This document shows, piece by piece, positions 39,185-50,195 of a stretch of DNA of 64,000 bases (positions are counted from its first letter, which is position 1; every line of letters begins with the position of its first letter). The notes beneath the pieces are model-generated. The model was not told the origin of the DNA and made no database searches. It saw only the letters and a list, made by a program, of their open reading frames with translations. The translations under genes were made by a program, and so were the position numbers. This DNA comes from Anthoceros angustus (taxonomy: Eukaryota > Plantae > Anthocerotophyta): contig VJWM01000019.1 of NCBI GenBank assembly GCA_010909165.1, positions 620,001 to 684,000 of the forward strand, in the 5' to 3' direction.

Positions 39185-39357
39185 GATGCATCAGGAACTC
39201 TGGACTGTCAAACTGATGCCTGCAGGATCTTGCTCTGCTAAAACCTTGGAAGGCCTCCACTTTCAAACCCTAACAGCATCAGGTGATCGGCTTGCACGAC
39301 CATGTGCAGATGCTGCACGAGTGAACTTGCCCGGCACTTGCCAAAAACAACCGACAG
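39185..39357 (-). pseudogene. Diverged duplicate of the RMI2 last exon and part of its last intron
   Basis: Collinear with about 37610-37797 (GGATCTTGCTCTG.TAAA..TGGAAGGCCTC..ACTT.CAAA...GAGTGAACTTG..TTGCCAAAA.CAAC.GACAG). Confidence 0.7.
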
Positions 39358-41094
39358 TAGTTTTACTCAAACTTAAAAAGAAAAGATGTTGCCATAAAAC
39401 TACCTTTAAGTTTTCGAAAGCTTTCTGCGTTTTTGTGAACCTAGTTTAAAAGAAACCCTAGTTTTAAGAAAAAACCTATTATATTGATTGTAGATATGCT
39501 GGTTTAAAAGAAACTATAGGTTTAGAAAAAGATATAGACTGTAGATGTATTGGTTTCGAACCCATCTTGGAACTTCGTCTCGAACTAGGTCATCATCAAG
39601 CCTTCTAGTTGAAAAGTAATATTTACGATGTCAATTAAGATCACAAAGTAGAGTGTTATGTAAGACAAGCATAGTTTTTTACTTTGGCTTTGAAAAAGTA
39701 CTTCCCTAGACTTTCATATATTTTTTATGTTATAAAATGACGCTGGGTTCAAGGAATTATAACCTAGCTCTATCTTCTTCTAAAGATTTATTTTCTATAT
39801 TTTTAATTTAATGATATTAATCCAGTAAAAATCCTCCCATATCATTATTATATGTTTTAAAAGAAGAATATTTTTAAAAATGATATGATCGAGTTTAAAC
39901 CCATAAGGTTTAAACTCGATGAGTGCCTGAAGGAGTATATATAGTGGTGTCCAAGAGTATATATGAGGGTCTGGGGTGTGAAAATATTCATAGTTGATAT
40001 TTGGGTGGCTTCATTCATACAAGACATATCTTCAAGGTATTTTACTTGAGCTTCTCTAGTTCATTTGTAATCATTTTATTTCCTTCTCTTTTGAGTTGTT
40101 TATTATGTTTTCTTGAGCTACAAGCTTCTCTTGACTAGAATAAACGCGGAGGTGCCTCTGCGAGTGAATTTCTCCTGACTAGTACATTTTGGAATTGTTT
40201 TTCCGTGAAATCATTTTGGAATTGTTGTTGTGCCTTCCATACCATATGATGCCATAGCATATCATATTCTAGTTCTAGTATAAGCAGGAACATGTTGATT
40301 TTAGAGTGTGATCAACACAAATGTCTGAATACATTTTCATGCATTGAGTACTAATGTATAGATTTGTTACCTTGTAGGTAAAGACCTGCAGACTTACATA
40401 CCTTTTTTGATCCATATAGTCCCGTATGGATCAAAAAGGGTTTTGCATATGGGTGCTATTATTTATCCTTGCCCTTGGAGGATTGAAAGATTGCGGAATA
40501 TTGGCAGAATTATACCCTCCGATATTATGTGCTCATGAAGACATTTCTCTTTCAAGTAATGGCATGCATATTGTTGTTCCATTAACTTATGCACCAACAA
40601 GTGTAGACAACTTGCTTGAAGATGAAGATTTGATGAGAGTTCATCTTGATTCTACACCACCTAGTTGCAATGGTGCATGTTTTGATTGTAATGATCAGTG
40701 TGCACTAGTTCAAGTTGCTTTATGTGGAGTTGATATCTATCCTTACTTACCATTATTTTGGAGATGTCAATGTGGCAATAAGTTATATATGCCTCATAGA
40801 AGTCATTGGAACAATATAGTTCCTAGGTATGGTTTAAGTCCGAAGAATACTTAGATGCAATAATGTAGACATGATTTAATAAAGTAATATATTGCACCTT
40901 AGCAAAAAAATCAATGGTATGTATTATCATTTTAAATATTATTCTCGTGAAATTGTTATGTGTTGATTTGTAATCGTTTTTGTTAGACTGTGGAATTACA
41001 CAATGCAACTCCATACCAGGCATAGATTATGTTTTCAAATGAGTGACATGCCTATTCATGCACCGGCAAGAAATATAATAAAATCATTTCAGCC

Positions 41095-41480
41095 ATGTGC
41101 ATCACAATAGCCATTTCCATTTCGAAGCAATGTGCATCACAACAGCCATGTCCATTTCGAAGCAATATGCATCCCAAAAGCCAATTTCTAGTTGGAAGCA
41201 TGTGCATCACAACAGCCAATTTTCATCAGAAAGTATGTGCATCACAACAGCCATGTCCATTTCGAAGCAATATGCATCCCAAAAGCCAATTTCTAGTTGG
41301 AAGCATGTACATCACAACAGCCAATTTTCATCTGAAAGTATGTGCATCACAACAGCCATTTCCATTTCGAAGCTATGTGCATCGGCAAGAAGCAATGACA
41401 CCATTTAGATAGAATAGCCATTTCGACAGCTATGTGCATCACAATAGCCATTTCAATTTCGACGGTGGTATGTGCAACAC
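41095..41480. repeat. About 35-bp monomer array with a 105-bp higher-order unit
   Basis: About 9 copies of ATGTGCATCACAACAGCC-like cores; the spurious ORFs show a 35-aa (105-bp) period. Confidence 0.85.
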
Positions 41481-41589
41481 AATAGACAAACGAGGGCTTT
41501 TTCTACGAGAGTCGCACTCAAAACTTCTCTCTGTTCATGCAAAGCTCTTGGGCATCTGAGCTACCTATTATAGCTAATGAATACTACAT

Positions 41590-42640
41590 CGATATCAAAC
41601 AGAACCCATCAAAGAACTCATTGCACACTTCTGAATTGCCAATTTGAGGCATCTTCCCCGTCAGAGTTGAGAACCATCAAAGGACTCATTCCACACTTTT
41701 GAAATGCCATTTGAGGCATCTTCCCTGTCAGAGCTGAGAACCATCAAAGGACTCGATTCACACTTCTGAACTACAATTTGAGGCATCTTCCCCGTCAGAG
41801 CTGAGAACCATCAAAGGACTCATTCCACACTTCTGAAATGCCATTTGAGGCATCTTCCCTGTTAGAGCTGAGAACCATCAAAGGACTCGATTCACACTCA
41901 TGAACTACAATTTGAGGCATCTTCCCCGTCAAAGCTGAAAACCATCAAAGGACTCGATTCACACTTCTGAAACTACAATTTGAGGCATCTTCCCCATCAA
42001 ATATGAGAACCCATCAAAGGACTCATTCCACACTTTTGTCCTGCCTCAAGACTCGATTCACACTTCTGAACTACAATTTTGAGGCATCTTCCTCGTCAAA
42101 TCTGAGAATCCATCAAAGGACTCATTCCACACTTTTGTCCTGCCATTTGAGGCATCTTCCTTGTAGGAGAGAACCCATCAAAGGCCTCATGCCACACTTT
42201 TGTGCATTTGAGGCATCTTCCCGCCGAGCCGAGAACCATCAAAGGACTCATTCCACTCAAATGCCATTTGAGGCATCTTCCTGAGTGAGAACCATCAAAG
42301 GACTCGATTCACACTCATGAACTACAATTTGAGGCATCTTCCCCGTCAAAGCTGAAAACCATCAAAGGACTCGATTCACACTTCTGAAACTACAATTTGA
42401 GGCATCTTCCCCATCAAATATGAGAACCCATCAAAGGACTCATTCCACACTTTTGTCCTGCCTCAAGACTCGATTCACACTTCTGAACTACAATTTTGAG
42501 GCATCTTCCTCACAATCGAGAATCCATCAAAGGACTCATTCCACACTTTTGTCCTGCCATTTGAGGCATCTTCCTTGTAGGAGAGAACCCATCAAAGGCC
42601 TCATGCCACACTTTTGTGCATTTGAGGCATCTTCCCCGTC
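41590..42640. repeat. About 60-bp minisatellite/satellite array with a 417-bp higher-order duplication
   Basis: 15 copies of TTTGAGGCATCTTCC alternating with GAACCATCAAAGGACTC; about 41869-42221 recurs almost exactly at about 42286-42636. Confidence 0.92.
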
Positions 42641-42773
42641 TTCCTTTGTGCACAACCTTGTATACTCTTGATGAGTGAGTATATTGGTTTGATTCTCTCA
42701 AGATCAAATGTTCGTGTTCCTACAACTCTAGACTAGATAGTGCTGCAAAATACTCACATCTTGTCTCTGGCTT

Positions 42774-42910
42774 CACATGGACTAAGGAAGCATTCGACCA
42801 TCCATCACCTCATAAAACATTTAGGATGTGCACATACTCTTGGCTCCACATGGACCAGGGAAGCATTCGACCATCTATCACCTCATAAAACATTTAGGAT
42901 GTGCACATAG
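42774..42910. repeat. About 70-bp tandem duplication
   Basis: CACATGGAC.A.GGAAGCATTCGACCATC.ATCACCTCATAAAACATTTAGGATGTGCACATA x2. Confidence 0.85.
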
Positions 42911-43206
42911 TCTAAACTAGATATGAACGCGCATAGCCCTTGTGGTGGAGATCCACTTGGAGGAGGAAGCTTAAGCTGAAGTCATGTGATACAAGACGCG
43001 TGATATACTTTATTCAAATACTACCTGCACATTTTCTGAAGTCTCATTGGGCCCCTTGAAGTCCTCGCGGAACCTTCGTTCTTGATTTGTGGAAGTGGTG
43101 AGTGAGTTGGTTGCTGAGGGGATCTTGTTTACTAGTTTCTGCACACAGCCATAACGTCGGGCCCATCTTCCCGTCCATCATGGTATATGGAGAGTCGAGC
43201 ATATTG

Positions 43207-43274
43207 GCAGCTTCATTGTTTTCGCATGGGATGTCCTGCGGCAGCTTCATTGTTTTCGCATGGGATGTCCTGCG
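43207..43274. repeat. 34-bp perfect tandem duplication
   Basis: GCAGCTTCATTGTTTTCGCATGGGATGTCCTGCG x2. Confidence 0.9.
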
Positions 43275-45149
43275 GCTGAGAGCGATGAGAAGCTAGCAGG
43301 CTAGCGGGTGGTTCGCACTTTCACATGCGTGAGGGAGGAACACGAACGTCGCAGATCCGGATGCAACCATGCCTCCTTCTTTTTCATAGCATAGCATTGT
43401 GAAAAATGAAGGGCTTGTGTGACGCATTGCCCGCCCAGCAAAACCGGGTAGGAAGTCGGTCAAAATGAATTCCTTACAGCCAGACCCCTGGTTTTGACCG
43501 GCTAGTTGGTGGGGGACCCGGACAGCTCTTGGCCCACACACGGGACAGCAAAGCAGTCTTCGCCACACCATCCATACCTTCGTGGGAGTCTCCTTCTCCA
43601 AAGGCCTTTCTTGTTGAGTCTCCTTCTCCCTTTGTCTGCTCGCTTCCTGCCGACACGACAATCTAGACGTGTGATTTGCATGGCGACAGTCACAAACAAG
43701 GAAGGTTGCAGAAAGCAGATGGAGGGCAGGCTCGATCTGTCCCGCACCCCGCTGCTGGCAGGCCCTATCTGACGAGGGGGCCAATCCGGTGGCAGCATGA
43801 AGCGCATCCAATGTGCAGGATGTGGACCCCGGTGGGTCTGGGTCTGGGTCTGGGCCTGGCCGCCTGGAAGAGCCAAGTTGCCAAGCCTCGAGTTCATCCA
43901 CTAAAGTGTTAAGAACTCCTCCGCACACCATGAATTGTAGATGTATCGAGACTGGACGGGAGTAGAGTCATCTAGTGTAGATGCATACATCTCTGGTCCG
44001 CCGTTCGCACCACAGAAATGCCAAGAAGCCGCATCTTCCAAGCTTTCACGCGCCTCGAACGCATCAAAGACGTTGTTGCCTGGACGAGCCACATCCCCTC
44101 AGGGCAGACGCAACAGGCCAGACCTGATCGTCCGTCCTCTTCGGCGCTGGCCCTGGCGCCGTGCACGGTGCACGGTGCGCCACATGCTCGTCATTAGCCC
44201 GCCGTTTCCCGTTATCCCGTACACACACAAAAGGGTTCCGTCGGCGGTACGGGATTTCCTAAGAAAGAGAAAGGGAGGTAGAGAGATGATGTATGTATCA
44301 TGGAGTTCAGTCTTACTTGCTGTTGGCTTGCCGACCGGATAAGAGGAGGGAATCCTGGTGCCGGCTCTTATTTATTCTGAAAAGTATCTCACGTGGTATA
44401 GCCCTCCTGAGGCGAAAGCGGCAAATAAGCAGTAGGTAGCGTATCGCCAGTTGCGCCACCATGCGACCCCTTCCTCGCCTCCTTCCTGATGAATCCCGCC
44501 TGGACTGCGCAGGCACCAGCGCAGGGAGCGCTCCTTTTTCCCGTCTTCGGAATCGGGATGGCAGCTGACACCTGCCGGGAGATTCGGCATGAGTCGCTGA
44601 ATCGCCGGCTTGCGCTCTCGCGTTGTGCTGGGCGCACGGGCCGCCCATTTTCTGCGCTGCCCAACGTCTCCATTTTCGCCGTCTGCGGCCCAGCCTGCAG
44701 GATCGCTGCTGCTGCCTTGGATGCGGGGAGTTGGGCGGCCGCATTCCCGGGCTCGGAGGGAGATCGCGCGCCATGGGTGGTTGTGGGTTGGTAGGTAGGC
44801 TGGGATGAAGGGGACTGCCACCAGGTGGGCGGAATGTGCGAGGATCCGGGCCAAGTGGAAGAGATCGGGCGGGTGAGGGGACTCTGGGAGGCATGATTCG
44901 GAGCTCGGTGTGGAGAGCTGGATGTGAGACCGGGAGTTGGGTGCGGGGGGCTTGCAGGAGGTAGAGTATCGGGAGCTACGATGCTGGAGGGATTGTCATT
45001 GTGCAGCTGGTTTGGGGGTGGGCGGAGGGATTGGTGCTTGGGTTGGCGTGCTGAATTCTGGTGCCTGGGCTGCCATGGGATTGGAAACCAGGTGTGGTGC
45101 TGGTGGTGAGATCAGTGTAGAGAGCGGGAGGAAGGAGGCAGGGGCCAGG

Positions 45150-48100
45150 ATGAAGACCGTGGTGGTGGCAGGGACCAGCAGTGGGGTTGGGAAGACCACT
45201 ATTGCGGTGGGGCTCATGGCCGCGTTTACACGGAGGGGGTTGCGGGTGCAACCGTTCAAAGTTGGACCAGGTGGGTGTTTTGATGCCCGGGGGGATTGGA
45301 GAGGTATTTTGGGCAATTTTGGGCACCAGGATCCGGCTCTCTCTTTTGCAGAGGTAGAAGACGAAAAGGAAAAACTCGTACAGTGACAAGTAGGGGGCAT
45401 GAGGTGTTACTGGTTGAAAGGTCTGGTAGTGGGCTGTGCATTTGGTCTTTACCGACTGTGGCCCTTGCAGATTTCTTGGATCCCATGCACCACAAGGCAG
45501 CGACTGGCCGAGAATCTTTCAATCTTGATGGTTGGATGCTCAGCAGGTGTGGCGATTGACTCACCGTGATATGAAGAGGAAGTGTTGACCAGCTTACGCT
45601 CCAGTACTGAAGCTGAATCTCCATTTTCGTCTGCAGGGAAGTGAATCTGGCCTGTTTCATGCGCTATGAAGACATCACTGACATTGCCATAGTGGAGGGA
45701 GTGATGGGTCTCTATGATGGGCGGGATGGGAAGTCTGAAGTTGGGAGCACTGCGGAGATGGCCAAGCTGTTGGGGGCACCGGTGGTGCTCGTGCTCGACT
45801 GTTGGGCTCTTGCGCGAAGTGCTGCTGCTATGATCCGGGGTTACACATCTTTTGATAAAGACCTTACATTTGCTGGTGTGATATTTAACAAGGTTGACTT
45901 TGCTCTGTCTCTTTCTTTGCCATTGATGTCTCTGTGTGCTACTTTATGGATGGTCCCCTGGTTGAGGTTCTCGTTCAGTTTGTGGGACTAATTTCTGCCC
46001 TTGCTGGCTATTCTCAATTTCTTCGTTTCAGGTTGGAGGGTCTAGGCATACTGCTTGGTTATCGGAAGCCGTGCAGACAACTGAGCACGAAGTTAAGATA
46101 TTGGGTGGGGTACCAAAGGCTTCAGACATTGAAATTCCCGAAAGACATCTTGGGCTACATATGCCAGAGGACAGCGATTTACCTCAAAATTACATTGATA
46201 AGCTTGCAGATCTGATTGAGCAGAATGTTGATCTTGACGCCATCTTAAAGGCTGCAGAAATTGGTTCTCCAGTTGATGGTAGAGAAGATGTGAACGGCAG
46301 ATCAGGACATTTCATTATAGCACCTAACCTACCCAAACAAGTGAGAGTTGGGGTGGCACAGGACGCTGCCTTCTGTTTCTACTACCATGAGAACTTAGCA
46401 CAACTGCAAGGTAAGCATATCTCTGGGCAACACGTCTTGAAGGACTAACCTACAAGAGTACAGCTGTGTAGTCATTCCACTGAAGAAACAAGTTGATGTC
46501 TTGTAGATGCTGGGGCGGAGCTGGTCTTCTTTTCGCCCCTGAAGGATTTATTGCCACCTAGCCTTGATGCCATATATTTTGGAGGGGGATATCCTGAGCT
46601 ACACGGCAAGCAGCTTTCTGCCAACAAGCCCATGCTGTATGCAGTGAAGGCTTTTGCTGATGCAGGGGGTGTTGTCTATGGTGAATGTGGTGGTCTAATG
46701 TACTTGTCACAGGGAATTGAGGTCAGATATAGGTTTTAGAGCATGTTATTTCATTAGTTTTCGAAGTGAGTCTTCTAGAATGCAGGCTATGATTATCCAG
46801 CACCTTATTTGTTCCTATTGTCCATATTTCAGGGACGAGATGGAGAGCGCCACATGATGTGTGGTGTATTTCCATTTTGGACCAGAATGCAGACTTCAAT
46901 GCACATGGGATATGTGACGGTACTCATCTGAACATCTGTATGCGATGGCAAGTGACCTTTGGGCATTTTTTTAGTATGAAGTGAAATATTTTGCCCTCTA
47001 TGAAGGAAAAATTTGCATCATGTTGCATCAAAATCAAGATTTCACTGGCATCATCACCTGATAATTGAGCGGTGACATGATGTTTATGGCAACAGGTCAG
47101 GCCTCTAGACAGCTCTGTTATCTTTCCAGCTGATGTTGGGCAAATTCGGGGGCAAATGTACCACTTCAGTGAAATTGTTGACACCGATGGCAGCAGCATG
47201 GACAATTGTGCCAAAGGGTAAGACAGGTGGGAGTTATTAGCAACTTTTGTCTGGTCCAATAACTAATATCTTTTGGCGCTGAGATGGTATTGTTTCCTTC
47301 AAGCAGATTTACTGTTCGATTTGAATATGCAAAGGCAGTTGAAGAGCTTGAAGGATATATGCGTGGGAATGCTGTGGCCACGTATGTGCATCTGCATTTT
47401 GGCAGCAATCCTGCCGTAGCGCATTCATTCATACAATGCTGCAGGTTAGGATCTGCCCCTTACTTCCAATCACTGCTTGCATTTTTCAAGATTGTGGGCC
47501 AGTCTCACCTCTCCCACTGCTGCATGCCTACTCCTTAGTAGCCTTTTGTGTGAACTATTTTGAATTGACTTGCCGAGTTGATGTTATAATCCATGACAAC
47601 GTTCATGCCTATTCTCAGGATGGATCCAACCAGAGCAGCAGCTGTGGCAGCAGCCTCAGCATCAGCAGTCGCTGATGCAGGTCCTGCAGCGGCTGCAGCA
47701 GCGGGTGCAGCAGCAGCAGCAGCAGTGGCTGACGCCCTTTGGGAATCTCGGCCATTTAACAACCCTGAAGTGGCGATGTATGTAGAAGCAGACTGTCGGA
47801 GTCCAGGTTCAATGTTCTCAGAAGAGTTTGCTGCAGGTCTGGTGGAGAATGTATCGAATGAGGCAATTACACCAACACCTAACATCTTTAATTTGAGGTC
47901 CAAGAGTTTGTCAGAGGAGCAGGTATCAAAGCTTAGGCAATCAGAAATTATAATCAGACGTTGGGGGTCTTTTGACCTGGGTAGAAATGGAAGGATAGCT
48001 GACCCAAGAAAGGTTTCTGGTCAGATTGCTAAATCAGAGTCAGAGTTTTCTCTAACAGGGCCCCTTGAGAGTAGAAATGGCCGCCATGTAGCCCGAACAT

Positions 48101-49952
48101 TGAGTTTTAGTGACAGTAGCAGCAATGATAGTCTAGAAAGTAATGGTGCAGGACCCTTGAGCAGAGGAATTTCTGTAAATCCAGCTAGAGATGGTAGTGA
48201 TTTAAGTGAAGATAGGTGTCGAGATGTTGGGAGCATGCACAGCGCGAGCTTAGTAGATGGGGTTCAACAGCAAAGGCCTTCAACTTCTGGCACTGGAACC
48301 AGTCCCATTATTTGTAACGGCACAGGACACAAGGACGCTTTGGCTACATATTTTCTAGGTGGACTGTGCGGAGGCTCATCTAGTAAGGCAGGTGCTCCTA
48401 AAAGAATTTTGTCGCTGCTACCGTCAGCAACTGAGATTCTTATGACTTTAGGTATGTCATCTGGTCCTTTGGTTTGGCTTAAAGTCTGTAGGAGTCCTTT
48501 TTCCTTCCACCAAATCTTATTGCTGAGGCGTCCCTGAGTAACCAGGTTTTGATCCCTGTCTCTACAGGTGCAGGTGACCGATTGTTAGGTGTAACGGATC
48601 TGTGTGATAAACCAGCTGGAGTTTGTCTTGACCGGCATATTGTAAGTAGGACAGACGATTCTCAAGTTTTTCTTATCAGGGCTGGGTGCACAACTTCAAG
48701 TCTTAATTCATTCAGTTGCCTTTGTAGGTTTGTAGGAGCAAAATTGACACAACAAAGATGTCCAGCAAAGAGGTGGAGGCAGCCGTAAGTGTTAGCTTTG
48801 TCCTGGTACACATGTTTGTGTCTCCAGCTGCATGCCAATTTGGGCCTCCTCGGTTTGTGGCAGTCATGTCGTACTGTTTCTTATGCAGATGAAGGCTTTT
48901 ATGGCAGAGAAAACGAGCCCTTTCACACTTGACGAGGCCTGGATTGCGAGCACCAAACCAGATCTGGTTCTTACCCAGGTTAGATGACACTTCAATGTGA
49001 GTAGATAGCGGGTCAACGTAATAACATTATTGTCTTAAACATGCCACGGCTTGTTAATGCAGGATACCTGTGAGCAGTGTGACATTGACAGTAGTGAAGT
49101 TGCCACGGTTCTTGCTCGAGCAGGCCTCGTCAATGGGGAGAATACCACTGTGATTGTGCTGCGACCATACACGGTGGGTGCTCAATTACAGGTTTTTTTT
49201 TTTTTTTAATAAATTTTCTGAGCTTAGTCTGTTTCAAGTTAGGACGGGTTCTGAGAATGGTTGCAACCTCTTGATTGCAGGTTGCCGAGGTGCTTGCAAC
49301 AGTCCTGCAGATAGGTGGGGCTGTTGGCCTCTATGCTGAGGCCTCTTTGCAAGTGAAAGAGTTACGAGCACGACTTCGAAGAGTTGCAACTGCAGTGGCG
49401 AGGCGCGAAAGGCCAAGCGTCATGCTGCTGCAAGGCTTGGATCCTTTTGTCCTTGGTGGTCATTGGGTACCAGACATGGAGAACCTAGCTGGAGGACAAG
49501 ACGATCTTCAGAGGATAGGCTGTGATGCAGAAAGGTTATATTGGCCTCGTGTTGTATCCTACGCACCTGAGGTTCTCATCTTGGCTCCATGCTCTTCCAG
49601 TCTGGAACGGACGCTGTCTGAGGTACTCATTGATGGATGTGGAATTATCCCAAAGGCTTTCGTAAACAGTCCTCTGACGTGTACTGTACTGCAGGTGTCA
49701 ATTGTTGCCAGGCAACCTGGATTTTGGACCATTCCAGCTGTGGAATCGAGACGGGTGTACATCTGCGAGCACTCTTATTTCAGCCGTCCAAGTGCATCAA
49801 TTGTGGATGGAATCGAACTTCTGGCCCACATTCTGCACCCTGAAGCCGGCATCCCCTTGAAGTTGCAAGATGCAGCTTTGCAGTTATCCCTTAAAAAGGG
49901 ACAGAAGTGCAAGCCTTATGATTTGGCAAAGCACTTCACACCACTGGAGTGA
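45150..49952 (+). CDS. cbiA: Fusion of cobyrinate a,c-diamide synthase (CbiA/CobB) and a type-III periplasmic-binding (BtuF-like cobalamin/Fe) domain, multi-exon
   Basis: N-terminal part: [12 protein letters not shown]-loop, FKVGP|[60 protein letters not shown] and YVHLHF. C-terminal part: [20 protein letters not shown]|[14 protein letters not shown] and [21 protein letters not shown]. The intron 47445-47618 joins the two halves in frame (AG|G ATG). Confidence 0.9.
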
Positions 49953-50195
49953 AGGTGGTTCGTCCTTAAGCACCTGGTGCCAAGGAGCACATGTAACATA
50001 GGTGAATCTTGAGCCGTTCAGCTGAGGATATGGCTGGTCTAGACATCTTTCTGTTGTAAATCCTTGCTTAGAAAGCGTGAGCGGCAGCTTCATAGTCCCG
50101 TACTGTACAGTAGGGCTGCACACTTACTTCCCTTGCTATGTGGGCAGAGCACGTTGTGTAAAGCTGTAAAGAAATTACAGATGCCGGAAGCCTAA

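Noticed and set aside
41590-42640. Conserved cores with variable linkers as a CRISPR-like array
   Set aside because: The linkers are themselves related and are duplicated in a 417-bp block, so this is satellite behaviour rather than acquired spacers.
42003-42671. ORFs in tandem arrays (also 41095-41412, 10282-10570 and 33604-34016)
   Set aside because: The open frames arise from repeat periodicity, not coding selection.
44313-44894. Several overlapping ORFs upstream of the CbiA fusion
   Set aside because: GC-rich promoter/5' UTR sequence; no frame has a recognisable domain.
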